Positions 9,220 to 18,776 of a stretch of 64,000 nt of DNA are shown piece after piece. The position numbers and the translations under genes were made by a program. The notes under the pieces were generated by a model. That model had not been told where the DNA came from. It did not search any database and was given only the letters and a program-made list of their open reading frames with translations. Each line of letters begins with the position of its first letter. Position 1 is the stretch's first letter. The stretch comes from an uncultured Bacteroides sp. (lineage in GTDB: Bacteria; Bacteroidota; Bacteroidia; Bacteroidales; Bacteroidaceae): positions 25,744-89,743 of the forward strand of contig CAMTOV010000001.1 in the NCBI GenBank assembly GCA_947074235.1. Reading direction: 5' to 3'.

Positions 9220-11274
9220 TTAATCATAGAAGTTCCAAGAAATACCGAATCTGAAGAAGCGTGGATTGATAGGATAATGCGGTGCGTAAAATGCATTGGG
9301 TCTATTGATCATGCCTTGGTTTACGTGATACATCATAGCATAAATGCGTGTACGCTTTAAGTGTATATTAGCATATACATTGATAATAGGATAGTTACCT
9401 ATCTCTACCAAATCTTCGTCGGGTTGTAAAAAGAACTGGCCGATAGCTGCCATGTATCCCGGTGCATAGTATTTAGTGAAATATCTTACATCGGCACCTA
9501 GCTGAACGCTCAATACTTTCTTTGCCAATTTAGCATCTATATAGAAGTTTCCATAAATAGAAAAATCGGGTAGGGGAAGAATGGTTTGATTGCTCGATTT
9601 TTGCCAAGTAATATCTCCATCTAGGTGGAATATACCTACCTTGAAATTTTGTTTAAGTGTGGCCGAAAGTACTTGAATGTTGCCACTAAATTGATCGGGC
9701 ACGGCTTGCTGATTAAAATATGCATAGTTTTTTATATTTTCTACACCAGCCTTAAGTTGAGTACCCCATCTTTGAGCTCTAATTTCTCCTTCTAGTCGGG
9801 TTTTGAATATTTTCTCTAAATCGTTGTCCCAATAAAAATGCTTAGAGTGGTAATGGCGCATATAGAATGGAGCCAATTGATTGCTTACTCCACCGCGCGC
9901 TATAACACTAATAGTGTCTTTGCCCAATCGGAAATTTACATCAGCATCTCCATGTACATCAAACTGTCCAATTGCTTTTCCCATCAATCCTACTTCGCCG
10001 AAAGCATGATAATGGAGGAAAGAACCATTTTTCTTAGAAATCTCACCACCTACATAAAACTCGTTTTCAGTCATGTGATCTTTTACAAACTCCTCGGGAG
10101 TCATAAGCGTATATTTGCTTATTTTGTAAGAGGCAAATGCTGTCAGTCCCATCTTAGCATATTTGTTGAATCCTTCTAGAAGTGATAAACCGATGGTGTT
10201 TCGTACACTTACATGAGACGTAGAGTCCATGATGTCGGCATTGTCTGGGTTTATATAAGTATTGGGATAGTAATCTTGCAACCTATCGGTAGAGGTAAAT
10301 TTATAGTTAGACCAATCTACCTTCATAGTGTGAATGATGCTTGTGACGGGAACAAATTCTGTTTTTGCAGGCAATGTGTCATTTTCTGCTTTTGGCAACT
10401 CTCTTTGGAAGCCCATCTTATAGCGCTGAGTTAAAAATATGTAGCTATTGGCAATGCGATTGGTGGCATTGCTCATTAAAGTAGGCATATTGGTTGGCTC
10501 GGTGATACTACCGGATGCTACATCTTCGGGATTGGTGATATAGCGATCATCTGTCAATCCACCATTTTGATTGGATTTTAAATAGTTGTAACTATAAAGC
10601 AATGTTCCCTCATAACGATCGCCCATGTAACTGATAAACGGTGCTGCGTTGAAAAATGACGTGCCCGAATGATTGTAATAACCTCTACCATAAAGGTAGT
10701 CGATGTTAAAACCGAAAGCCAACTGCTTATTCACATTTACAGAAAAATAGGCTTTGAAACGTTCCTCTCCGTTAATCTTATTTCCTCCTTTGAAATAAGT
10801 AAGATTTGAAAAAGGAATATTACTATTAGTGAAGAAAAACTGTTCGGGTTGTACAAAGAAATAAGAGTAGGGTTGTACAAACATAGAAGACTCGTTATCC
10901 TTTCTATCAAAGAAAATGCGTGATAAACGTGGAGTTCCCATATTGCCCAAATGGTTATAACTACCATTTGTTCCTTCGGTAAGCGAGGTGTTTTGATAAT
11001 TTAAACGCGCAGTGTCTGCTGCTACTATTTCAACATTGCCAAGATCTTTGCTAACATGCCACATGTATAAACGGGGAGGGAGACTTTCAAAATCTACTTT
11101 TGTGCTATCTACCGGAGGACGCATGGATGGGTCTACTGGATTTCCAAATTGATCGACAAGATTGCCGAATTCATCAGTTCTATCGCCAAATGGATTGGTA
11201 GGAGTGATTTGTGCTTGCAGTGATAATATTCCTACAATAGAAAGAAGTATATGTACTAATAAGAATCTTCTCAT
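9220..11274 (-). CDS. Putative porin (Bacteroidetes outer-membrane beta-barrel)
   Basis: Signal peptide, aromatic-rich beta strands, LGNMGTP, YGRGYY and a C-terminal FGISWNFYD. Confidence 0.8.
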   Translation of the reverse strand: MRRFLLVHILLSIVGILSLQAQITPTNPFGDRTDEFGNLVDQFGNPVDPSMRPPVDSTKVDFESLPPRLYMWHVSKDLGNVEIVAADTARLNYQNTSLTEGTNGSYNHLGNMGTPRLSRIFFDRKDNESSMFVQPYSYFFVQPEQFFFTNSNIPFSNLTYFKGGNKINGEERFKAYFSVNVNKQLAFGFNIDYLYGRGYYNHSGTSFFNAAPFISYMGDRYEGTLLYSYNYLKSNQNGGLTDDRYITNPEDVASGSITEPTNMPTLMSNATNRIANSYIFLTQRYKMGFQRELPKAENDTLPAKTEFVPVTSIIHTMKVDWSNYKFTSTDRLQDYYPNTYINPDNADIMDSTSHVSVRNTIGLSLLEGFNKYAKMGLTAFASYKISKYTLMTPEEFVKDHMTENEFYVGGEISKKNGSFLHYHAFGEVGLMGKAIGQFDVHGDADVNFRLGKDTISVIARGGVSNQLAPFYMRHYHSKHFYWDNDLEKIFKTRLEGEIRAQRWGTQLKAGVENIKNYAYFNQQAVPDQFSGNIQVLSATLKQNFKVGIFHLDGDITWQKSSNQTILPLPDFSIYGNFYIDAKLAKKVLSVQLGADVRYFTKYYAPGYMAAIGQFFLQPDEDLVEIGNYPIINVYANIHLKRTRIYAMMYHVNQGMINRPNAFYAPHYPINPRFFRFGISWNFYD

Positions 11275-11294
11275 AATTACTGCAAATATACAAT

Positions 11295-11340
11295 AAAAAA
11301 TAATTCGTAAACTGAAAATGCTTTCTGTTTACGAATTATT
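11295..11340 (-). terminator. Terminator of the vor operon
   Basis: AATAATTCGTAAAC / GTTTACGAATTATT with an A-tract on the left. Confidence 0.7.
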
Positions 11341-11362
11341 AAAAGTGAATTATAAGTAATGC

Positions 11363-11905
11363 TTACATTTCTTTAATTAGTTCCATCCCTTTTTTGATAG
11401 CCTCTTCATTCATCGGTATCAGGTGATGATGACGCTCGGGTAGCGTTTTTTTCAACCCTTTAATTACACTTTCGATGTTTACACAAGGGCAAATTTTTAA
11501 TAAACCGCCCAGAACAATCATATTGAATGCTTTGGCATTTTTCATTTCATTGGCTGCATCCATGGCATCAATGCGATATACTTTGATGTCTTTTCGTGTG
11601 GGAGGGTTGATAATGCCATATCCATCATAAATAAGAATGCCACCTGGTTTTACTTTATTCTCAAACTTTTCTAGCGAAGGTTGATTTAAAATGATAGCAG
11701 CGTCGTATTTACTTAATATGGGCGATGATATTTTGTCATCACTGATAATAACAGTGACGTTTGCTGTTCCTCCACGTTGTTCGGGGCCATAAGCTGGCAT
11801 CCACGAAACTTCTTTGCCTTCCATCAGTCCCGAATAGGCTAAAATTTTTCCCATGGATAAAACTCCTTGGCCACCAAAACCTGCAATTATAATTTCTTCT
11901 TTCAT
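11363..11905 (-). CDS. 2-oxoacid:ferredoxin oxidoreductase gamma subunit
   Basis: IAGFGGQG, YGPEQRGG and NMIVLG motifs. Confidence 0.92.
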   Translation of the reverse strand: MKEEIIIAGFGGQGVLSMGKILAYSGLMEGKEVSWMPAYGPEQRGGTANVTVIISDDKISSPILSKYDAAIILNQPSLEKFENKVKPGGILIYDGYGIINPPTRKDIKVYRIDAMDAANEMKNAKAFNMIVLGGLLKICPCVNIESVIKGLKKTLPERHHHLIPMNEEAIKKGMELIKEM

Positions 11906-11935
11906 AATACTTTCATTAATTATTGCATTATCACT

Positions 11936-12700
11936 TTACTCTTTGTCTTTCAAATCGCCCAATGGGTAATATGGGAACATATTGGCTGCCATCCATTCGT
12001 TTGATTTTTCAGGAGACATCTTCCACCCCGAACTACAAGTAGATACAATTTCTACTAGGTTAGAACCTTTTCCGTTCATAGAGTTCTCGAATGCCTTTCG
12101 AATAGCCTTCTTGGCTTTACGAATGGCTGGCACAGACTGAACGGATTGGCGAGTGACATAAGCCGTTCCTTCTAGTTGAGCAGCCAATTCTGTGATTTTT
12201 AATGGATAACCATGCAAATCGGCTTCTCTACCATAGGGGCTGGTAGCTGTTTTCATACCCATAAGTGTAGTAGGAGCCATTTGACCACCAGTCATGCCAT
12301 AGATGGCATTGTTTATAAAGATAATAGTAATATTTTCGCCACGATTTAATGCATGAATAGTTTCGGCAGTACCGATACAAGCCAAGTCTCCATCGCCTTG
12401 ATAGGTAAATACCAATCTATCGGGCCATAATCTTTTTATAGCTGTAGCCACAGCCGGAGCACGTCCGTGTGCAGCTTCTTGCCAATCGATGTCGATATAA
12501 TTGTATATAAATACGGCACATCCAACAGGAGAAATACCAACTGATTTTTCCTCCATACCCATCTCTTCAATAACCTCAGCAACGAGTTTATGCACGACTC
12601 CATGACTACACCCCGGGCAATAATGCATAGGTTTGTCGTTCATTAGAGTTGGTTTTTTACAAACCAAGTTTTCGGGTTTGATTATTTCTTCTTTCGTCAT
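11936..12700 (-). CDS. 2-oxoacid:ferredoxin oxidoreductase beta subunit (TPP-binding)
   Basis: YCPGCSH, HGRA, GDGD and NNAIYGMTGGQ motifs. Confidence 0.92.
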   Translation of the reverse strand: MTKEEIIKPENLVCKKPTLMNDKPMHYCPGCSHGVVHKLVAEVIEEMGMEEKSVGISPVGCAVFIYNYIDIDWQEAAHGRAPAVATAIKRLWPDRLVFTYQGDGDLACIGTAETIHALNRGENITIIFINNAIYGMTGGQMAPTTLMGMKTATSPYGREADLHGYPLKITELAAQLEGTAYVTRQSVQSVPAIRKAKKAIRKAFENSMNGKGSNLVEIVSTCSSGWKMSPEKSNEWMAANMFPYYPLGDLKDKE

Positions 12701-12712
12701 AACTTGTTCTCC

Positions 12713-12883
12713 TTATCTATTGGTGAATCGTATAAAAAATTCCATCACTTTGGTAAATATGGCAGCACCACAGATATACATGAAAATCTTGAAATCGCTG
12801 ACAGTAAAATAGACTATTATAGATGCAAGCGCAAGTACTAAAAATAGAATATTTAATATACCTCTTATTTTATCTGGATTCAT
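12713..12883 (-). CDS. Small membrane protein (56 aa), not in the ORF track
   Basis: ATG at 12883 to TAA at 12713 gives MNPDKIRGILNILFLVLALASIIVYFTVSDFKIFMYICGAAIFTKVMEFFIRFTNR. It has two hydrophobic segments and fills the gap between the alpha and beta subunit genes. Confidence 0.8.
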   Translation of the reverse strand: MNPDKIRGILNILFLVLALASIIVYFTVSDFKIFMYICGAAIFTKVMEFFIRFTNR

Positions 12884-12919
12884 CTTAGTTGTTTTTTGAT
12901 AATGACTTGTTTAAAGTCT

Positions 12920-13999
12920 TTACATTATTTTTTCTTTTAAAGCAGCTACAATCTCATCCGGATCTGGCACGATGCCTCCTAAGCGTCCAAAGTGTTCAAC
13001 TTTAACTTTTCCATTTACGGCCAATCTTACATCTTCAATCATTTGTCCGGCATTAAGCTCGGTCACTAATATGCCTTTCACTTTGTTGGCATATTCTGCA
13101 ATTGCTTTTGTTGGGAAAGGCCACAACGTAATGGGTCTTAACATACCTACCTTTATGCCTTCCTCTCTGGCATGTTCCATAGCTTTTTGCCCAATACGAG
13201 CCATCGAGCCAAATGCAACAATTAAGTATTCTGCATCTTCACAGTCTATTTCTTCAAAACGAACTTCGTTTTCTTCTATCGTGCGATATTTAGCTTGAAA
13301 ACGGATGTTGTTTTTTTCCATTTCTTCGGGTTGTAGCTCTAGCGATGTCACAATGTTAGGCTTGCGAAGTCCTATTCTACCAGTAGTAGCCCATGGACAT
13401 TGTTCCATTACCTCCTCATCAGTGCGTCTTGCTTTAACAGGTGGGAGTACTACTTTTTCCATCATCTGACCAATTACACCATCGGCCAAGATTACTGCTG
13501 GGTTGCGATATTTGAATGCTAAATCGAATGCTAATCCTACAAAATCTGCCATTTCTTGTACAGAAGCTGGAGCCAATGCAATAAGTTTATAGTCACCATG
13601 ACCACCACCTTTTACGGTTTGGAAATAATCGGCTTGACTGGGTTGTATAGTTCCCAATCCAGGACCACCACGCATCACGTTAACAATTAAACAAGGAAGT
13701 TCAGCTCCTGCTAAATATGAAACCCCCTCTTGCTTCAAGCTTACGCCCGGACTAGAGGATGATGTAAGAACCATTTTGCCACATCCTGCACCACCATACA
13801 CCATGTTGATTGCAGATACTTCACTTTCAGCTTGCAAAACAACCATACCTGTAGTTTCCCAGGGTTTGAGGTCGGCAAGAGTTTCAAGTATTTCCGATTG
13901 TGGAGTAATAGGATAACCGAAATAACCATCGGCACCACAGCGAATAGCTGCATGTGCAATAGCCTCATTACCCTTCATTAATACAACTTCTTCTGACAT
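12920..13999 (-). CDS. vorB: 2-oxoisovalerate/2-oxoacid:ferredoxin oxidoreductase alpha subunit (VorB-type)
   Basis: MKGNEAIA, FGYPITPQSE, QAESE, TSSSSPG and RGGPGLG motifs. Confidence 0.88.
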   Translation of the reverse strand: MSEEVVLMKGNEAIAHAAIRCGADGYFGYPITPQSEILETLADLKPWETTGMVVLQAESEVSAINMVYGGAGCGKMVLTSSSSPGVSLKQEGVSYLAGAELPCLIVNVMRGGPGLGTIQPSQADYFQTVKGGGHGDYKLIALAPASVQEMADFVGLAFDLAFKYRNPAVILADGVIGQMMEKVVLPPVKARRTDEEVMEQCPWATTGRIGLRKPNIVTSLELQPEEMEKNNIRFQAKYRTIEENEVRFEEIDCEDAEYLIVAFGSMARIGQKAMEHAREEGIKVGMLRPITLWPFPTKAIAEYANKVKGILVTELNAGQMIEDVRLAVNGKVKVEHFGRLGGIVPDPDEIVAALKEKIM

Positions 14000-14013
14000 A
14001 TTCTTTCTTTCTT

Positions 14014-14241
14014 TTATTCAACTTTTACTTTGTAAACAGAGATACATCCATCTGGGCAAACTGTACCACATGAACTGCATCCATTGCATATATCCTCTGA
14101 AATGGATTTTGCAAAATTGTAGCCTTTGACATTTACCTCTTTGCTGAGGGCAATAATGTGAAGCGGGCAAGCCACCACACACAGATTGCAACCTTTGCAT
14201 CGTTCGGTGTCAACTACAATTGCTCCTTTAATTTTAGCCAT
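14014..14241 (-). CDS. 2x[4Fe-4S] ferredoxin (delta subunit)
   Basis: CKGCNLCVVACP and CNGCSSCGTVCP. Confidence 0.93.
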   Translation of the reverse strand: MAKIKGAIVVDTERCKGCNLCVVACPLHIIALSKEVNVKGYNFAKSISEDICNGCSSCGTVCPDGCISVYKVKVE

Positions 14242-14261
14242 AACTTATTGTCTATTTAAGT

Positions 14262-14543
14262 TTATTGATTGTACATGTCCTTGTGAAAAAAATCTAGTAT
14301 ATCTATAATTGCTTTTCGTGCATGAATAGCTGGTGAGCTAGGGTTAATTTCGATAGCTTTTTGATAATGATTTAGAGATTGTTGCCAATTTCCTAGTTTG
14401 CGATATGCATTGCCAAGCAAATAAAATACTTCATCTTGAATATCGACAAGTTTTTCATCTGATGAGATCTCTTCAAGCATCTTTATAGCTTGTTCAATAT
14501 CTCCTTGATTAATAAGATTTTTAATGGTATCCAGCCTATTCAT
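14262..14543 (-). CDS. Small tetratricopeptide repeat protein
   Basis: TPR consensus YLLGNAYRKLGNWQQSLNHYQKAIEINP. First gene after the TATCTTTG box near 14573-14580. Confidence 0.85.
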   Translation of the reverse strand: MNRLDTIKNLINQGDIEQAIKMLEEISSDEKLVDIQDEVFYLLGNAYRKLGNWQQSLNHYQKAIEINPSSPAIHARKAIIDILDFFHKDMYNQ

Positions 14544-14848
14544 TTCTTCTGAATTTCCTAATTAAGAGGTTACAAAGATAGTTTTTATTTGGATATACTA
14601 TCATTTTTAATTTTAAAAAACGAGAAATTAGTTAAATATATGTAAGTTTATTTGTTTGTATTGTGTTATTATGCTATGGAATGACTGTTTGACGTGTGTG
14701 TTGTATTATGAAAGCATGTGTATTTTGAGTATTTTGCGTTTTTCTGCTTTCACAATGTCATTCTATGATTTCATTGTAAATTATAGATTGAGTTATAATA
14801 GTTTACATTTTTTGTTATTAATAATCGATGGAAATACTTTAATCATAC

Positions 14849-14885
14849 AAAAATAGGATGCATCGCTATTATGATGCATCCTATT
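14849..14885 (-). terminator. Terminator after tkt-rpiB
   Basis: AATAGGATGCATC / GATGCATCCTATT. Confidence 0.7.
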
Positions 14886-14923
14886 CTATCTTATATACTT
14901 ATTTAGATAAACTAAATAAAGAA

Positions 14924-15358
14924 TTATTTTACCGGAATTTTATCAATTCTTAGTTGATGTCTGCCACCTTCAAAATCAGTAGAAAAGAATTCAGTAAGAA
15001 TCATTGAGGCTTCTTCTGTACTAATAAATCTGCCAGGCATCACCAAAACGTTCGCATCATTGTGTTGACGAGCTAAATGTGCAAGCTCAGCATTCCAACA
15101 AAGTGCAGCACGTATTCCTTGATGTTTGTTTAATGTCATGTTAATGCCATTACCTGAACCGCAAATAGCTATTCCTGGATAACACTCTCCCGACTCAATG
15201 GCCAATGCAAGGGGATGTGCAAAATCAGGATAATCACAACTCTCTTCAGAGTATGCTCCAAAATCCTTGTAAGGCCATCCTTTTGTTTCGAGCCATCCTT
15301 TTACGAATTCTTTAAGTTCGAATCCTGCATGATCAGAACAAATTCCGATTGTCTTCAT
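14924..15358 (-). CDS. rpiB: Ribose-5-phosphate isomerase B
   Basis: SDHAG, DYPD, CGSGNG, ARQHNDANVL and FEGGRH motifs. Confidence 0.96.
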   Translation of the reverse strand: MKTIGICSDHAGFELKEFVKGWLETKGWPYKDFGAYSEESCDYPDFAHPLALAIESGECYPGIAICGSGNGINMTLNKHQGIRAALCWNAELAHLARQHNDANVLVMPGRFISTEEASMILTEFFSTDFEGGRHQLRIDKIPVK

Positions 15359-17367
15359 TACAACATTGTTTTAACTTGGTTATATACATTCTGAGCTGTA
15401 AAGCCTAGTTTTTCGTCAAGTACAGTGTATGGAGCAGAGAAACCAAAAGATTCTAAACCAAATACTTTTCCATTTGCTCCAACTAATCCTAGCAAGTTAA
15501 CTGGCAAACCGGCTGTTAATCCAAATACCTTGCCGCCATTAGGAATTACGCTATCTTGATATGCTTTATCTTGACTGCGGAATAATCCTTCTGATGGTAC
15601 AGATACTATTCTTAACTTAACACCATCTTTGCGCAATAGTTCAGCTCCAGCAATTAATGTTGCTACTTCTGAACCTGATGCTACCAATGTTACATCTGGA
15701 TTTTCGTCAGAACCTGCCACAATATACGCACCTTTGCCTGCCAATGTATAATCGTTTCCAGCTGGAAGACTTATAATATTTTGGCGTGAAAGTATTAATG
15801 CAGTAGGAGTATAAATATTCTCCATTGCTAGTTTCCATGCAATTGTTGTTTCTTCTGCATCGGCAGGACGAAGAACCAACATTGAATTGTGACCTTTGTG
15901 GTTTTTAAGTTTCTCCATCAAACGAATTTGAGCTTCTTGCTCAACTGGTTCGTGAGTTGGTCCATCTTCACCTACACGGAATGCATCGTGAGACCAAATA
16001 AACTTAACAGGGAGTTCCATAAGAGCTGCCATACGAACAGCTGGTTTCATATAATCTGAGAATACAAAGAATGTAGCACAAGCTGGAATTACACCACCAT
16101 GAAGTGCCATACCAATGCATACGCAAGCCATTGTTAATTCTGATACACCAGCTTGCAAGAATGCTCCGCTAAAGTCATCGCGTGTAAATGCGTGAGTTTT
16201 TTTAAGGAAACCATCTGTTTTATCAGAGTTTGAAAGGTCGGCTGAAGAAACAACCATGTTTTCAACTTGAGTTGCCAATGCGCCAAGTACTACAGCAGAT
16301 GCATTACGAGTAGCAGAGTTTGCCTTTTGTTCGATAGCATTCCAATCAACTTTTGGAGCTTTGTTTTCGAAGAATAAAGTAAGTTTTTTAGCTAATTCAG
16401 GGTTTGCTTTTTCCCATTCAGCTTTGGCTTTATATTTTTCAGCAACAATAGTTTTAAGTTCGGCAGCACGATTAGCATATAATTCTGCAACTTCTGGGAA
16501 AATCACGAAAGGATTTTCTGGATTTCCACCCAAGTTGTTGATTGTATTTTTATATGCATCGCCTCCTAGAGGAGCACCATGGGTTTCACAATTTGCTTCA
16601 TAGCTAGAGCCGTCAGCTTTGCGGGCACCTTTACCCATTATTGTTTTACCAATTATAATAGTTGGACGTTCTTTTTCCTCTTTAGCTTCTATGATAGCTG
16701 CACGAATTTCATCAACGTTATTACCGTTAATTTCGATAACCTTCCAATCCCATGCTTTGTATTTCATAGAAACATCTTCTATACTAACAATTTTGGTTTC
16801 AGTAGAAAGTTGAATATCGTTAGAATCATAAAACATGATTAGATTGTTCAATCCTAAAGTACCTGCAATACGACCAGCGCCTTGAGATATCTCTTCTTGA
16901 ATACCACCATCAGATATATAAGCATAGATTTTTTGATCCATAACCTGACCAAATCGAGCTTTTAAGAATTTTGCAGCAATGGCAGCACCTACAGCAAATG
17001 TATGGCCTTGTCCTAATGGACCAGAAGTATTTTCAATTCCACGTTTCACATCTACTTCAGGATGACCTGGTGTAGGGCTTCCCCATTGACGGAATTGTTT
17101 TAACTCGTCTAAAGTAAACTTACCTGTCATTGCCAATACAGAGTAAAGCATTGGTGACATGTGTCCTGGGTCTAAGAAGAAACGGTCGCGACCTTCCCAA
17201 GTTGGATTCTCAGGATCGTAAACTAAAAACTCCGAAAAAAGTACATTTACAAAATCGGCACCACCCATAGCACCTCCTGGGTGTCCTGAATTGGCTTTTT
17301 CTACCATAGACGCAGCAAGAATACGGATATTATCCGCTGCACGATTCATCAGTTCATTCTTGTTCAT
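15358..17367 (-). CDS. tkt: Transketolase
   Basis: SGHPGG, RDRF, TPGHPE, GPLGQG and GEDGPTHEP motifs. ATG start at 17367. Confidence 0.96.
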   Translation of the reverse strand: MNKNELMNRAADNIRILAASMVEKANSGHPGGAMGGADFVNVLFSEFLVYDPENPTWEGRDRFFLDPGHMSPMLYSVLAMTGKFTLDELKQFRQWGSPTPGHPEVDVKRGIENTSGPLGQGHTFAVGAAIAAKFLKARFGQVMDQKIYAYISDGGIQEEISQGAGRIAGTLGLNNLIMFYDSNDIQLSTETKIVSIEDVSMKYKAWDWKVIEINGNNVDEIRAAIIEAKEEKERPTIIIGKTIMGKGARKADGSSYEANCETHGAPLGGDAYKNTINNLGGNPENPFVIFPEVAELYANRAAELKTIVAEKYKAKAEWEKANPELAKKLTLFFENKAPKVDWNAIEQKANSATRNASAVVLGALATQVENMVVSSADLSNSDKTDGFLKKTHAFTRDDFSGAFLQAGVSELTMACVCIGMALHGGVIPACATFFVFSDYMKPAVRMAALMELPVKFIWSHDAFRVGEDGPTHEPVEQEAQIRLMEKLKNHKGHNSMLVLRPADAEETTIAWKLAMENIYTPTALILSRQNIISLPAGNDYTLAGKGAYIVAGSDENPDVTLVASGSEVATLIAGAELLRKDGVKLRIVSVPSEGLFRSQDKAYQDSVIPNGGKVFGLTAGLPVNLLGLVGANGKVFGLESFGFSAPYTVLDEKLGFTAQNVYNQVKTML

Positions 17368-17530
17368 TTCTATTATCAATTAAGTTTTCTGATTTATCTG
17401 CAAATATAGGTGTTTTAACACAAAAATAGATACTTATTTGGCATGTTTTTCCACGTTATTTTGCTTCAGCACGCATTGTGGAAGTTATTGGTTACAATAA
17501 GTATAATGATGTTATTGTAGGTTATGAAAC

Positions 17531-17566
17531 AAAAAAATCGGTATCATGTTCAATGATACCGATTTT
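17531..17566 (-). terminator. Terminator after galK
   Basis: AAAATCGGTATCAT / ATGATACCGATTTT. Confidence 0.75.
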
Positions 17567-17585
17567 ATATTATTAGTTATTGTTA

Positions 17586-18740
17586 TTAAACGAGTTTGCG
17601 TGCACCGTCGCTAATTACAACATCATAAACTTTAGGAGATCTACCAAATTTTGCAGTAAAGCTGTCCTTAGCATTAGAAATGAAACTATCATAAAGTTCA
17701 TCTTTAACTAAATTGATAGTACATCCACCAAAACCACCACCCATTACGCGTGAACCAGTTACACCACACTCTTTTGCAACATCGTTAAGGAAGTCTAGCT
17801 CTTCACAGCTAACTTCATATAATTTGCTCATTCCGTGATGTGTTTCATACATTTTCTTTCCTACAGTTTCATAGTCACCTATTTCCAATGCATCACATAC
17901 ATCTAATACGCGTTGAATTTCTTCAATAACATATTCTGCACGCATATAATCCTCTGCAGATATTTCAGTTTTTACCTCTTCAAGCATTGACATATTACAA
18001 TCACGCAAGAACTCTACGTGTGGATGTCTTTTTTGAATCTTGGCAACAGCAGTTTCGCAACTTTCACGTCTTTTGTTATAAGCAGATGATGCTAGTTCGT
18101 GTTTTACAACTGAATCTACCAATACTAAGCGATATCCGATTGGATTGAATGGGAAGTATTGATATTCCAAAGAGCGACAGTCTAAACGAATTAAGCTTCC
18201 GGCTTTGCCGAATACAGATGCAAATTGGTCCATGATTCCACATTTTACTCCACAATAATTGTGCTCTGTAGATTGGCCAACTTTAGCTAATTCGAACTTG
18301 TCGATTTTTCCTTCACCAAAGATTTCGTTCAGTGCAAATGCATATGTACTTTCTAAAGCTGCAGATGATGACATACCAGCACCTAGTGGAACATCTCCTG
18401 CGAATGCTGTATTAAATCCTTTTACATCTACACCTCTTTTAATCATTTCACGGCATACACCAAAAATATATCTTGCCCAACTAGCACGTGGGGCATCTTC
18501 TTCATTTAATCCAAATTCAACATAATCTTTCAAATCGATTGAGTATGCATGAACTTTATCAGTGCCATTAGGTTTAATTTCGGCAACCATGCCTTTGTCT
18601 ATTGCACCTGGAAATACAAATCCACCATTATAATCAGTATGTTCTCCGATTAGATTGATACGTCCGGGTGAAGCATATACATGTCCTGTTGTTCCATCAA
18701 AATGTTTGATAAAACGACTTCTTACGTTTTCAATATCCAT
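17586..18740 (-). CDS. galK: Galactokinase
   Basis: PGRINLIGEHTDYN, GAGMSSSAA, CGIMDQ and RVMGGGFGGC motifs. Confidence 0.96.
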   Translation of the reverse strand: MDIENVRSRFIKHFDGTTGHVYASPGRINLIGEHTDYNGGFVFPGAIDKGMVAEIKPNGTDKVHAYSIDLKDYVEFGLNEEDAPRASWARYIFGVCREMIKRGVDVKGFNTAFAGDVPLGAGMSSSAALESTYAFALNEIFGEGKIDKFELAKVGQSTEHNYCGVKCGIMDQFASVFGKAGSLIRLDCRSLEYQYFPFNPIGYRLVLVDSVVKHELASSAYNKRRESCETAVAKIQKRHPHVEFLRDCNMSMLEEVKTEISAEDYMRAEYVIEEIQRVLDVCDALEIGDYETVGKKMYETHHGMSKLYEVSCEELDFLNDVAKECGVTGSRVMGGGFGGCTINLVKDELYDSFISNAKDSFTAKFGRSPKVYDVVISDGARKLV

Positions 18741-18776
18741 GATTTCTGTAGTATTATAAAGTTATATATTAAGATA

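Noticed and set aside
14656-14856. 66-aa ORF in the rpiB-vor intergenic region
   Set aside because: TTG start, T-rich low-complexity composition, opposite to flanking genes, and no recognisable motif.
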